Below, piece after piece: positions 38,119-47,488 of a stretch of DNA of 53,516 nucleotides (the first letter of the stretch is position 1; each line of letters starts with the position of its first letter). Both the position numbers and the translations under genes were made by a program. The DNA is from Planctomycetia bacterium. GTDB taxonomy: Bacteria > Planctomycetota > Planctomycetia > Pirellulales > UBA7805. The notes under the pieces were generated by a model. It worked only from the letters and a program-made list of their open reading frames with translations, was not told the DNA's origin and did not search any database. The stretch covers positions 1 through 53,516 of the forward strand of contig JAIOQB010000356.1 of assembly GCA_021413585.1 (NCBI GenBank), written 5' to 3'.

Positions 38119-38271
38119 AACCGTTCGTTTGCTGACGCATGGCAACAACGTAGGTGCCGACGACTTGTTGGGATTCATGGTGCCCCAGGAGGGGGCCTCT
38201 CCCGAAACGGCCGTTCAGAGCGGCGAAACGATCGTTTGTTGGGGGATGTCAGAAAACGGTGGAGCTGACGA
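38119..38271. other. Conserved non-coding element, copy 1
   Basis: Box-wise identity to 41949-42103. Confidence 0.6.
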
Positions 38272-38300
38272 CACGGCCTGGCGCCAAACAGTGGCGGCAT

Positions 38301-38340
38301 AAAGCAAAAAGCCCCGCCAGACCAGAGCCGGGCGGGGCTT
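38301..38340 (-). terminator. Rho-independent terminator of the PEP-CTERM gene
   Basis: aagccccgcc...ggcggggctt followed by a T-run on the minus strand. Confidence 0.7.
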
Positions 38341-38377
38341 GTGCGATTAAAAAGTGCACGGTTGATGAGCATCAGGC

Positions 38378-39310
38378 TCAGCGATACTTCTTCCGCAGGG
38401 CGACGAATCCCAGGCCCATGAGACCCAGACCGGCCAGGATGAAGGTCGAGGGTTCGGGGACGGCACTCGCCTCGGAAACCGCGCTCACCTGAAAGTCGAA
38501 TTGGTAGGTGGTCGGTCCCCCCGTGCCGGTCGTTGCCCTGAACATATAGGTTCCTGGCCCAATCGGCTGAGGGATGCTCGCGAGATTGAGGAAATCCTGT
38601 CCCACGGAGGCCGACGACAAAGTTGTGTTTCCCAAGGAAGGCGTTTGGATGGCGGCGGAACCCAAGGCCGTGTAATTCTCGACCTGAATCGAGTCGAGCT
38701 GGAAGCCCGGGGCAATCGTGAGGGTAAAGTCGTCGCCGTCGAAATCCGGGTTGCCGCCGAGCACGCGATTGTGGCCTGCCGCGAGCGAGCCTAAATTCAC
38801 CGAACTGGCATTCACGCCCGCATCGCCGCTGACACCTTCGTTGTAGACAACGGTTGACGGATCAAACGCCGCACTCACATGGAAACCAAACTGATAGGTG
38901 GTTGGCCCGCCGGTGCCTGTCGTCGCCCGCAACACATAGCCGCCGGACCCAAGTGGCGCAGTGATACTCGACAGAGTGAGCAGATCCTGTCCGACGGAGG
39001 CCGACGTCAAGACAGTGTTGCCCAACACAGGTGATTGGATGCCGGCGGCACCCAAGGCCGTGTAACTGTCAACGAGGATCGAATCGAGCTGCAAGCCAAC
39101 GCCGATTGAAAAGTGATAATCGTCGGTGTCGAAATTCGGGTTGCCACCAATCACTTGATGCGTGCCCGCCGGGAGCGAGCCCAGTTCGGCATAACCGGGA
39201 TCAACTCCCGCATCGCCGCTGACGCTTTCACTGTAGAGCAAGACAGCGCGAGCGGTCGAAACAGGGGAGACCAAGAGAACGAGCGCGAGCACCGGCAGGA
39301 ATCGGATCAT
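38378..39310 (-). CDS. PEP-CTERM protein with two internally repeated domains
   Basis: YxExVSGDAGV...GGNPxFDxDD...RATTGTGGPTTYQF occurs twice; VPEPSTFILAGLG...RKK. Confidence 0.9.
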   Translation of the reverse strand: MIRFLPVLALVLLVSPVSTARAVLLYSESVSGDAGVDPGYAELGSLPAGTHQVIGGNPNFDTDDYHFSIGVGLQLDSILVDSYTALGAAGIQSPVLGNTVLTSASVGQDLLTLSSITAPLGSGGYVLRATTGTGGPTTYQFGFHVSAAFDPSTVVYNEGVSGDAGVNASSVNLGSLAAGHNRVLGGNPDFDGDDFTLTIAPGFQLDSIQVENYTALGSAAIQTPSLGNTTLSSASVGQDFLNLASIPQPIGPGTYMFRATTGTGGPTTYQFDFQVSAVSEASAVPEPSTFILAGLGLMGLGFVALRKKYR

Positions 39311-39471
39311 TACGCAAGCCTTTCTAGAATTGAGGGGGAACGGAAACAAGCGACAAATGCAACAGCAGATGATTCCCCCGCTGCCACACGGCAACGAGGA
39401 AGGGGAGGACATTTTTGTGGTGGGTCTTTAAGGTGGGCTATTCAGATCACATCGAAACTCCATGTTCGCAA

Positions 39472-41076
39472 TCACTTCTCTGTGAGCACTTCGATCTGTA
39501 CGTTGTCCAACCAGTACGTACCACCGGCCTGGCCCGCGATCGGCGCGGGAAAGCCGAAGCACACGTGCGTCAGCGGACCGGCGAGGTGCTTGGGCGAGGG
39601 CAATCGAACGGATACGTCTCGCACCCAGCCTTCGGTGCCGTACCACACCAATCGCTCTACCGTCGCCCCCTGCGGCGCCCCACCTTCCATGTCCCAAACG
39701 ACGCGGAGACGGTACCACTGGTCTTTCCGCCACTCGATCTGCGGTGCAGCCGGGTCGGCTTCGCGCGACAGCGCAATGCCCGGCGCCAGGCGGAGCGGTT
39801 TATCAGCATTCAGAGCAATCGCCGGTTCGACACCCCGCGTCCGCGGTAAGATGTCGCACTCCACGAGCAATTTGCAGCGCGCGGGAAACTTCGCTTCGAG
39901 GTTCCGGCTCAAGAGCGGATATAGACTCTTGACGATCCGCTGGGAGCATCGAAACTCGACGGCGCTGTGGCCGACCGGCGGCAGGGGATCGACCATCGTG
40001 TCGGCCCTCGCTGGATCAGCAGGATCGATGACGATGACCTTGCGCCCTTGGCCCGAGTTGTAGGCCGTCTTCCACTCGCCCAGATGCGGACCGTCAGCCC
40101 CGGCACCCAGACTCTCAAAATCCTCCGCCAACAGCACCTGCCGCGGTTGGCCCGTAAGCTGATCGATCGCAAAGCGGAATGGATCTGCGGCGGGGAGAGG
40201 CTTGAATTCCCGGGCCGTGAGGGTGGCGGCCTGGCCGGCGGTGAGCTTGTGCGGTTGGGGAGCGGGAATCTTTGCAGTCGCAGCGCCAGCCAGGCTGGCA
40301 ACCTCGACCTCGCCCCGAAAAACGTGGACTTCGGTGTTAGCGGTGGAGGGCGACTGCTGGGCGATGTTCGCGGCCGCGCCCGCCAAACTCACCAACACGC
40401 CAAAATCGGTTCCCAGGTCGGTCACCGTGCCATCGGGCGTGTGGACCTTAAAACCGCGCGCTGGCTGCGGCACATGCGCCGTCAGCTTGCCGGAAGCGAG
40501 CCGGCAGGCACCGGCATCGACGATCTCCAACTCTGCCGGCGCGGTGAGCAATACCTTGGCCTGACCGCTGAAGGCGATCTCGGCCGTGCCGTGCGTAAGT
40601 GCCAGGCGCTGTCCGGGTGCCAGCGCGTCGCCAGCGCGGGCCGGCGAGCGAGTCCATTGTGCATCCGTCGTGCGGATCAGAGTGGCCGGTCCCTCTCCGC
40701 CTTGCCGCGTCGAGAACCTATAGGCCAGCACGCCCACGGCCATGAGGACGGCAGCGGCGGCGGCCAGCGTGAGCGTGGGGCGAAAGCGGAACGGCGACTG
40801 ATGAATGCGAAGTGGGGAGGGAACTCCGTCGCTGGCGGTGCGGGCCGGGGTGGAGTCACGCTCGACATCCTGGAGCACGGCTTGGGCGGCCTCAGCTTCC
40901 TTCCGATTTGCCGCCCAGGCGGCCAGCAGCGCGTCGGCTTCCACGGCGTTGCAGTACGCTGCGCGGACTTCGGGGTCGGCTGCCAGCATGCGGTCGAGTT
41001 TTGCCTGTTGCTCCGGCGTGGCACAGCCACCGAGGAAGGCGTCGATCAGCGCGCGGGTTTCTTCCGGCAGATTCAT
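39472..41076 (-). CDS. FecR-like anti-sigma factor (paralog of 35555-37345)
   Basis: Same FecR motifs; ATGA overlap with the sigma stop. Confidence 0.88.
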   Translation of the reverse strand: MNLPEETRALIDAFLGGCATPEQQAKLDRMLAADPEVRAAYCNAVEADALLAAWAANRKEAEAAQAVLQDVERDSTPARTASDGVPSPLRIHQSPFRFRPTLTLAAAAAVLMAVGVLAYRFSTRQGGEGPATLIRTTDAQWTRSPARAGDALAPGQRLALTHGTAEIAFSGQAKVLLTAPAELEIVDAGACRLASGKLTAHVPQPARGFKVHTPDGTVTDLGTDFGVLVSLAGAAANIAQQSPSTANTEVHVFRGEVEVASLAGAATAKIPAPQPHKLTAGQAATLTAREFKPLPAADPFRFAIDQLTGQPRQVLLAEDFESLGAGADGPHLGEWKTAYNSGQGRKVIVIDPADPARADTMVDPLPPVGHSAVEFRCSQRIVKSLYPLLSRNLEAKFPARCKLLVECDILPRTRGVEPAIALNADKPLRLAPGIALSREADPAAPQIEWRKDQWYRLRVVWDMEGGAPQGATVERLVWYGTEGWVRDVSVRLPSPKHLAGPLTHVCFGFPAPIAGQAGGTYWLDNVQIEVLTEK

Positions 41077-41600
41077 TTCTGCGCCTCCCGCTCGCGGGCG
41101 AGGCTCTGCTGGGCGCACCGCCGCACCTGGTCGCGATAGCGGCCCAGGGCTTTGTACACCGCTGGCTCCGCCGATTGCACTTCGCGGGCGATCTCTGCCA
41201 CGCTGCTGCCACGCTCGTAGCGGAGCGAGAACATCTGCCGTGCCCGGTCCGTCAGGCGGCGCAGGCACTGCTCGATATATTCCAGCAGCCGCGAGGTGGG
41301 CTGCGGTTCGCGGCGGTCGAACTCGCCGCGGATGGCTTCGATGGTTTCCAGTGAGAACGGAATCGGGCGGCGGTGGGCCTGGCGGCGGAAATGATCGATC
41401 TCATGGACCGCCACACCCCGTGCCCAAGCGCCAAAGCGGCGCGACGGATCGTATTGGTCGAATTTCTTCCACAGAATGGTGGCGATTTCCTGGCAGACGT
41501 CGTCCACGTCATTCGGGTCGGCTAGCAGCGCCCGAACGAACGCGCGGATCTCCCCTTGATGGGCCATGAACAACCGGAGAAAGTCGGCTTGATCGGGCAT
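41073..41600 (-). CDS. ECF sigma-70 factor
   Basis: FLRLFMAHQGEIRAFV..DDVCQEIATILWKKFDQYD..FGAWARGVA..CLRRL..LRY. Confidence 0.9.
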   Translation of the reverse strand: MPDQADFLRLFMAHQGEIRAFVRALLADPNDVDDVCQEIATILWKKFDQYDPSRRFGAWARGVAVHEIDHFRRQAHRRPIPFSLETIEAIRGEFDRREPQPTSRLLEYIEQCLRRLTDRARQMFSLRYERGSSVAEIAREVQSAEPAVYKALGRYRDQVRRCAQQSLAREREAQK

Positions 41601-41948
41601 GGGGGAGATGGCTTTCATTAGCGTACACTTGGCGAACAGAGTTGAAACTATCTGACTTTACAACTTCTCAATGCACCATCTCGACGCCGGGCCGTCCATT
41701 TTGGACATTGAAAATCTGAAGAATTTCGCCGATTGGCGTAGGAGCGAGCGTAAAATACTTCCCGTTAAAGAGTTATCGCCGGTGGACGGCCCTCGCGAAT
41801 ATCGCCGGTCGCCGCCCGGCCTCAGCGCAAAAGCACGGCCGCATTGTGACCAACAGTTGCTGGTGGCCCCAGGTGTAGACGAGAGGGCCAAACTAGTGAT
41901 CCACTTGATGGTTTGATGGTGTGCCGGTGCTTCTCAGCCGATGGCAGA

Positions 41949-42103
41949 AACCGTTCGTTTGCCGGAACTCCGCAACAACTTACCTCTGGACGGGTTGTTG
42001 GGACTGGCGTTGCCTCAGTTGGGGCTCCTCCCCGAAACGGTCGTTCAGGTCGCCGCAAATGGGTGGTTTTCTGCCGTGTGTCAACAAACGGTTGAGTTGA
42101 TGA
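41949..42103. other. Conserved non-coding element, copy 2
   Basis: Box-wise identity to 38119-38271. Confidence 0.6.
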
Positions 42104-42430
42104 GAAATCGAGATGCAAACGGCGGGCCTCCAGAATAATTTCGGCCTGCGGCCATAACACTGATAGGCGCCGAGAGGCTTGGAAGTCATGCTCAAGCGGC
42201 CTATGGCACCCCACGCCCAACAACTGTTTTCAAAATATACATATGTGCTCGGGCGTTCGGGTGGACCGCACGGAGGATGATTTGCAAACTTGATAGCGTG
42301 GAACTCAGGTCTACCTCTGGCTTCGCACGAGTCGCCAAAACGTGATAGAATCCACCCGAAAGGTGGATGGGGACTAGCCTATGGGCAGTTCGCTTCAACT
42401 ATCGCTGATTTTTTCATCCTGAGTGCGGCC

Positions 42431-44272
42431 ATGAAGAATTTCTTAGTCGCAATCGTTCTGGCAATGCTCGTGTTTAGCGGATGCGCGAAGAAGGAAGGGA
42501 ATCCCGGTAACGCGCCTCCGGCCCAGCAACCAGCGATTGCGCCTGCCAAACAGTCTCAGTCTTCGCCAAAAAGCTCGACGGCGCCAGTCGCGGCGGCGGC
42601 CAAACCCCGGCAACAAAATCTAGTTCCCGATACAGTACGCCGAGACCTAGCCAGCGCTGACCTGGAAGTTCGAAAAAAGGCGCTGGCCATGCTGATTGAC
42701 AACTCCAGCCGCACCGAAAACGAGTCCCGAGTCTTTGAGGCCATGCGATGGTTGTCTAGTCAGCCTGACATGAACGTCCCGGTGTTTACTGAGGTTGCGG
42801 GCGAATTGGGCAGTAAAGGCTTTCTGCCCGTGGTGATCGACGCGTTTCTCGACGGGGAGGGAAATTGGCAGAACCGAACGAGGGCAAACGCTGGGCTGCT
42901 TGGGCTGTTGGTTACCTACAATCCGGATGAATGCCGGCGGAAAATTGCCGACGCCATAATCTCCGGGACGGGGCAAAAGCGAGGCAATGCGCTGTCTTTG
43001 TCGTCGTTTGCGCTGACAACCGGTTCGTCCAAAAGCCGTCGCGATTTTGGTTTGGCGATGGTCAAGGTGATTGAACAAGGGCCGGCTGGTAAAGTCGATG
43101 CGCTGGCCCAGCATTTGCGTGAAAACAATTGGACGACTCTCAAAGGCGCCGACGGGATAACACGATGGCTGACCCCGCCGAAGCGGCGTAAAACCCTGGG
43201 CCCAATGACCCCAGCTGAACTTCAATTAATCAGCAACGACGTGAAATCTCCCAGCCAGGACGTGCAGCGTGCCGCGATTGAAAAATTGGTGCTGATGGCC
43301 AATACGAGTCATGTCGAGGCGATACCGCTGTTGACCAATTTGCTCACGTTGGCTGACAACCCCTTCGCATGCGAAAACGCCAGGGAAGCACTTTCCACGT
43401 TGGCCACGCGCGGATTTGCCACAGAGGTGGCTCGAGAGATGCTGAAAGTTGCCCCCCGGGTTCCCTATGAACAACATCGCTACGTTCATCAGGCGATGTA
43501 CACCGCGGCGCTGCGCGGCGATCGAGTTGAAATCCTTGACGAAGTCCTGCTGCCCGCATTGGCCGATACCCAGGCAGACGTCAATCAGCTTTCGCTGTTG
43601 GGCATCGTCGAAATCGGCAAGGAGGAAGACGACCGGTTCTGGATCATCGGAGAGTTGAGCAAAGTGCTTTCCACGGGCAGCCCAATGGCGCGGCAAAACG
43701 CCGCCAATGCCCTGATGCAGTTAGGGGTCGACAAGTTACCCGACAATGTCACGCGCACGGCGCGCGCCGGCAACACGGGCCCTCTGGCGGTTCACCTGCT
43801 TCAAATCGGCGAGTTGCCCACATTCCTGGTGGGTTTCGGCGCCACGACTTGGGGACCCGGCCAGGGTGAATACCTGACTTCCCTGGAGCCGATTTATCGA
43901 GGTGGAAAACCGGGCGAACATCCCACGGGCAGTTCCGGATTTTTCCCCGCGGACCCCGTGATCATTGAGGCCAAAGAGGGGTACGCGGTCGGTGCGCTTG
44001 TCGTGATGAGCGACATCGTGGTTCGCGGGTTTCGTATCACGTTCATGCGAATCGTAGACGACAATCACCTGGACCCCAAGGACTCCTACCAAAGCCCTTG
44101 GATCGGGACGCGCATCCACGGCCAGGAGCAAATCCTCGGCGGCGATGGGCGGCCTGTGATTGGCTTTTATTCGGATTCCGACCGGCAAACCCTGATGTTG
44201 TGGTCTTTCGGCTTGATCCAGGCCAAGGCTTCGAGTCGGGCTAAGGTTTCCGCGCCGTCCGATCGGCAATAG
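42431..44272 (+). CDS. Lipoprotein with HEAT-like repeats and C-terminal beta-prism/jacalin-like domain
   Basis: FSGC lipobox; helical repeats; AKEGYAVGAL...DSYQSPWIG...GDGRPVIG. Confidence 0.65.
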   Translation: MKNFLVAIVLAMLVFSGCAKKEGNPGNAPPAQQPAIAPAKQSQSSPKSSTAPVAAAAKPRQQNLVPDTVRRDLASADLEVRKKALAMLIDNSSRTENESRVFEAMRWLSSQPDMNVPVFTEVAGELGSKGFLPVVIDAFLDGEGNWQNRTRANAGLLGLLVTYNPDECRRKIADAIISGTGQKRGNALSLSSFALTTGSSKSRRDFGLAMVKVIEQGPAGKVDALAQHLRENNWTTLKGADGITRWLTPPKRRKTLGPMTPAELQLISNDVKSPSQDVQRAAIEKLVLMANTSHVEAIPLLTNLLTLADNPFACENAREALSTLATRGFATEVAREMLKVAPRVPYEQHRYVHQAMYTAALRGDRVEILDEVLLPALADTQADVNQLSLLGIVEIGKEEDDRFWIIGELSKVLSTGSPMARQNAANALMQLGVDKLPDNVTRTARAGNTGPLAVHLLQIGELPTFLVGFGATTWGPGQGEYLTSLEPIYRGGKPGEHPTGSSGFFPADPVIIEAKEGYAVGALVVMSDIVVRGFRITFMRIVDDNHLDPKDSYQSPWIGTRIHGQEQILGGDGRPVIGFYSDSDRQTLMLWSFGLIQAKASSRAKVSAPSDRQ

Positions 44273-47200
44273 GCGATTGCAATTCTTTTGCATATTTTTC
44301 CGGGCCGATGCCCAACTGTAGCAACTCGGCACCGGCGAGCGTGCGCAAAGTGTCCTCAATCAGCGGACTCTCCATGCAGCGCAACCAGGATTTGACGGCG
44401 TCGTCGCGATTTCCTCGCAACATCAGATACTTGCCCACGAAATAGTCGTGCCAGGTTTGCGTCTGCCGGAAGTCGTCGGCGTCGGCGGGCGGCCTCAGCG
44501 CATCGAAGTCGGCAAGTCGAGCGGGGCGATTGTTTTCCCAGCCATCTTGCAGGGCGTTCGCCAGCGGAAGCAGTTTCATGTTTTGCTCGGCACCTCCCTG
44601 GATCAGCGCGGTTTGCGTCAAAACTCTGCGGCGCGTCGCGACATCCCCTGCCTGTTGTGCGACCAGAGCGTGCCAAATAGCATTGAAGGGCAACACATTG
44701 GCGTCTTTGAAATTTGCCAAAAACAAATTGAGTTTGCCGGTGATCTGATAGTAGACAGGAAACTCGTTTTGCGGCGACGATTGATTGTCCCGCATATAAG
44801 CCTCCATGAGTTCCGTCGCCTGTTTCTTGTTGCCTTTGCCGGTGCGCACGCAAAACATCCACCAATTGGCTCTGCTGTTTTCGTAGCGCTCTGCGTTAGC
44901 TTGTTGCAACTCATCGGCCTTGTCCCATTCCTGCAACGCCTCATAGCAGTTGGCTAATGTTGTAAGGCCTCGCGACCAGTACGAACTCGCCGACGCCATC
45001 GCGTAGGGCAGCGCTTTCTTCCATTGCCGCCGCGCCATGTAACGCTGTGCAATCGTGTCATTGACGTTTGAATGCTGCAGTCCATAGTCCGGCAGGGATA
45101 ACATGGCCTTCATGGCGCCAAGCCATTTGTCCTCGTCTCCTTGCTTGTCGTAAATGAAGGCCAATAAGGTGTACATATCCTGGTCGCGCATGGACTGGGG
45201 AATCCGTTGCAAGCATCGTTCGGCGTCTGGCAGCCGATCCGCGATGCAATACTGTCGGCTCATGGCCATCAGCACGTGCGGATGCGCCAAGTCCTCTCGC
45301 TCCCATTGATCAGCGTGGAGTCTGGCTTCGTTCCAATCGTCGTCGATCAGTTGTTTGCGCGCCCAGGGATTGCGCGGACTGGATTGCACCAGTTCGTCCA
45401 CCAGGACGCGCCGCATGGCGCGCTGTTGGGGCTGGTCATACACGACGGTCAATCCGATCAGCGTGTTGGGCACCAGATCGCGATTGGTCGTGAACTGACG
45501 CGTAACGATGTCGGCGCGGTAAGGATCCACCGTGCGGATCGCCGAGGCCAACAATTGCCCTGCAACCAGCATATCACGGGCACCTACGCCAGATAGACTT
45601 TTCGCCGCTTTGTTCTGCTTCAGCGGGTCATTGGAGTGCCAGAGGATATAATCCTGAAACCGGTGCCCCTCGTACAACGGCTTGCTCTGCTCTAAAAAAT
45701 CGTCTGCCGGCACGCCCAAGGCATCGCGCAGAAACTTCGCGCGCTGCAAGGCTTGAATGAAGCCCAATTCTCGCATGAGCAGCCCCAGCGTCGGCCATGA
45801 CATCTCGGCGACGTCACCGTTCAAGTCGTCGTTCGACTGGGACAATCCCTCGATCAATTCACGACGCTGCTTGAAGTCGGTCGTAGCGGCCACTCGCTGC
45901 TCGGGGCGATAATCTTGAACCAGCCGGGCCACGGAGGCGGGGACGTGTGGAACGTCCTTCATTCGCTCGTAAAAATCTGCCGTGGCGGACGAAAGCCCCG
46001 CCACGGTCATCACGTGACCGAGACGCACTCCCGCACAATTGGTTACGGCGGACTGCACGTAGTAATTGGCAGGCATGACCTTCAGGGCCTTTAAGCCCCA
46101 GTCGATGACTAGCTTGAACGTCCCCGTGTTTCCAAGCTCCTCCCACAGCATCAAATAGGCGAACTCTGTCCGTGGCGCATCGTGCATGTCCTGCGGCATC
46201 GACGAGGATTGGCAAAGGTTCGTCACTGGCTGAACCCAATCGGGCACCTCCTTCGGGGCCTTCACCGCCGCGCGCTGCAAGTCCTCCAATGCGGCGGCAT
46301 GCAAGCCTGTCACACCCAGTGCGTAGGCCCGCGCGAGCAACGAAAACGCGTCTTCCTTCCGCTGTCGAACCAAACGCTGTGCATAGAGCAAGGCTCGCGC
46401 TTTGAAGACGTCGTGAGCCGGTTGCCAATAATATTCCGTGAGTTTTCCCAGATTGGTGTAGCCTTGCACCAAGGCGAAGAGGAGGTGCGGCGAGTCTCCT
46501 TCACTTTCCAGGAGTTCATGCAGTCGTCGGACCGCAAAAAACTGGGACATGAAGTGCATCTGGGTCAGCAGCTTGGCGATGTCGGGCGGCACCGGAGCGT
46601 TTGATTCAGGGCGCCGATCGCGCGGTTTGCAGCCTTGTGACAGAAAAAACGTACGGAACTCGTTCTGCGAAGCAAGTTCCATTTTTTCCGTGAGCCTCAC
46701 ATAGTCGAATGGCCTGGGCGTTTCCACGGGGAAAGACTTGAGCAGTTCCCGCTTGTAACGCTCCCCAACCAGAATCTCGATTGAGGACGGCGAGCCGGGA
46801 ACCGTGATCACCTCGAGTGAAATGGTTCCTTTTCCTTTGGGGGCGTGCTGCGCCAGCACCGCGTCGCGCGTGACCAAGTTGAGATCGCGGGCGGCCAGGA
46901 GCACGGCTTGCCGGACGATTTCACGACCCAGCAAGGTTTGCCTAATGGTTTGGCCATCCCAAAAACCCCATGCCGTCGGGTCAGCCAGATAGACAGCACG
47001 CCGCTCCACGGGCGGTCCTGTGGCTCCCTTCTTCGTTTGATCGCCGCTATTTTCTCGGGCTTCGCTGGGGCCCTTTTCGGCCTCCTTGTCCCGAGGTGGC
47101 TGGTTGTCCGGGCGTGCGACCTTTTCCAGGGGTGGCGACCCATCACCTTGAGATTTCACAAACTCCTGGTCTTGGCGACTTAGCTTGCCGAGCGGAACAG

Positions 47201-47402
47201 CGATGACCGTGCCGTCCAGCTTTTTCAACTTCACCAGACCATCTTTAGTCTCGACGAAGTCGGCCTCGGTATGAGAACTCCCAGACGCGTTTGTCCAAGT
47301 TCTGGCACTTGCGGGTGCGATAAACAGCACCAGCGAAACGAAACCCCAAATTGGGGAACCAATGATTACCGTCTGGGCGACTCGACGCTTTGTATTGAAC
47401 AT
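44241..47402 (-). CDS. Secreted SHD1-domain/TPR protein
   Basis: ARTWTNASGSSHTEADF...VKLKKLDGTVIAVPLGKLSRQDQEFV (SHD1); helical repeats. Confidence 0.75.
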   Translation of the reverse strand: MFNTKRRVAQTVIIGSPIWGFVSLVLFIAPASARTWTNASGSSHTEADFVETKDGLVKLKKLDGTVIAVPLGKLSRQDQEFVKSQGDGSPPLEKVARPDNQPPRDKEAEKGPSEARENSGDQTKKGATGPPVERRAVYLADPTAWGFWDGQTIRQTLLGREIVRQAVLLAARDLNLVTRDAVLAQHAPKGKGTISLEVITVPGSPSSIEILVGERYKRELLKSFPVETPRPFDYVRLTEKMELASQNEFRTFFLSQGCKPRDRRPESNAPVPPDIAKLLTQMHFMSQFFAVRRLHELLESEGDSPHLLFALVQGYTNLGKLTEYYWQPAHDVFKARALLYAQRLVRQRKEDAFSLLARAYALGVTGLHAAALEDLQRAAVKAPKEVPDWVQPVTNLCQSSSMPQDMHDAPRTEFAYLMLWEELGNTGTFKLVIDWGLKALKVMPANYYVQSAVTNCAGVRLGHVMTVAGLSSATADFYERMKDVPHVPASVARLVQDYRPEQRVAATTDFKQRRELIEGLSQSNDDLNGDVAEMSWPTLGLLMRELGFIQALQRAKFLRDALGVPADDFLEQSKPLYEGHRFQDYILWHSNDPLKQNKAAKSLSGVGARDMLVAGQLLASAIRTVDPYRADIVTRQFTTNRDLVPNTLIGLTVVYDQPQQRAMRRVLVDELVQSSPRNPWARKQLIDDDWNEARLHADQWEREDLAHPHVLMAMSRQYCIADRLPDAERCLQRIPQSMRDQDMYTLLAFIYDKQGDEDKWLGAMKAMLSLPDYGLQHSNVNDTIAQRYMARRQWKKALPYAMASASSYWSRGLTTLANCYEALQEWDKADELQQANAERYENSRANWWMFCVRTGKGNKKQATELMEAYMRDNQSSPQNEFPVYYQITGKLNLFLANFKDANVLPFNAIWHALVAQQAGDVATRRRVLTQTALIQGGAEQNMKLLPLANALQDGWENNRPARLADFDALRPPADADDFRQTQTWHDYFVGKYLMLRGNRDDAVKSWLRCMESPLIEDTLRTLAGAELLQLGIGPEKYAKELQSPIADRTARKP

Positions 47403-47488
47403 AAATGAAGCTCTACCGTTTCTGCCATTTCAAAATTGGCCAGATCGACCCTGTTCACTCCGTTTCAAGTCATTTCGCGGACTGCATA

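Noticed and set aside
38111-42138. Small ORFs 38111-38302 and 41941-42138 as paralogous peptides
   Set aside because: Identity is at nucleotide-box level and continues across a frame-breaking length difference; treated as non-coding.
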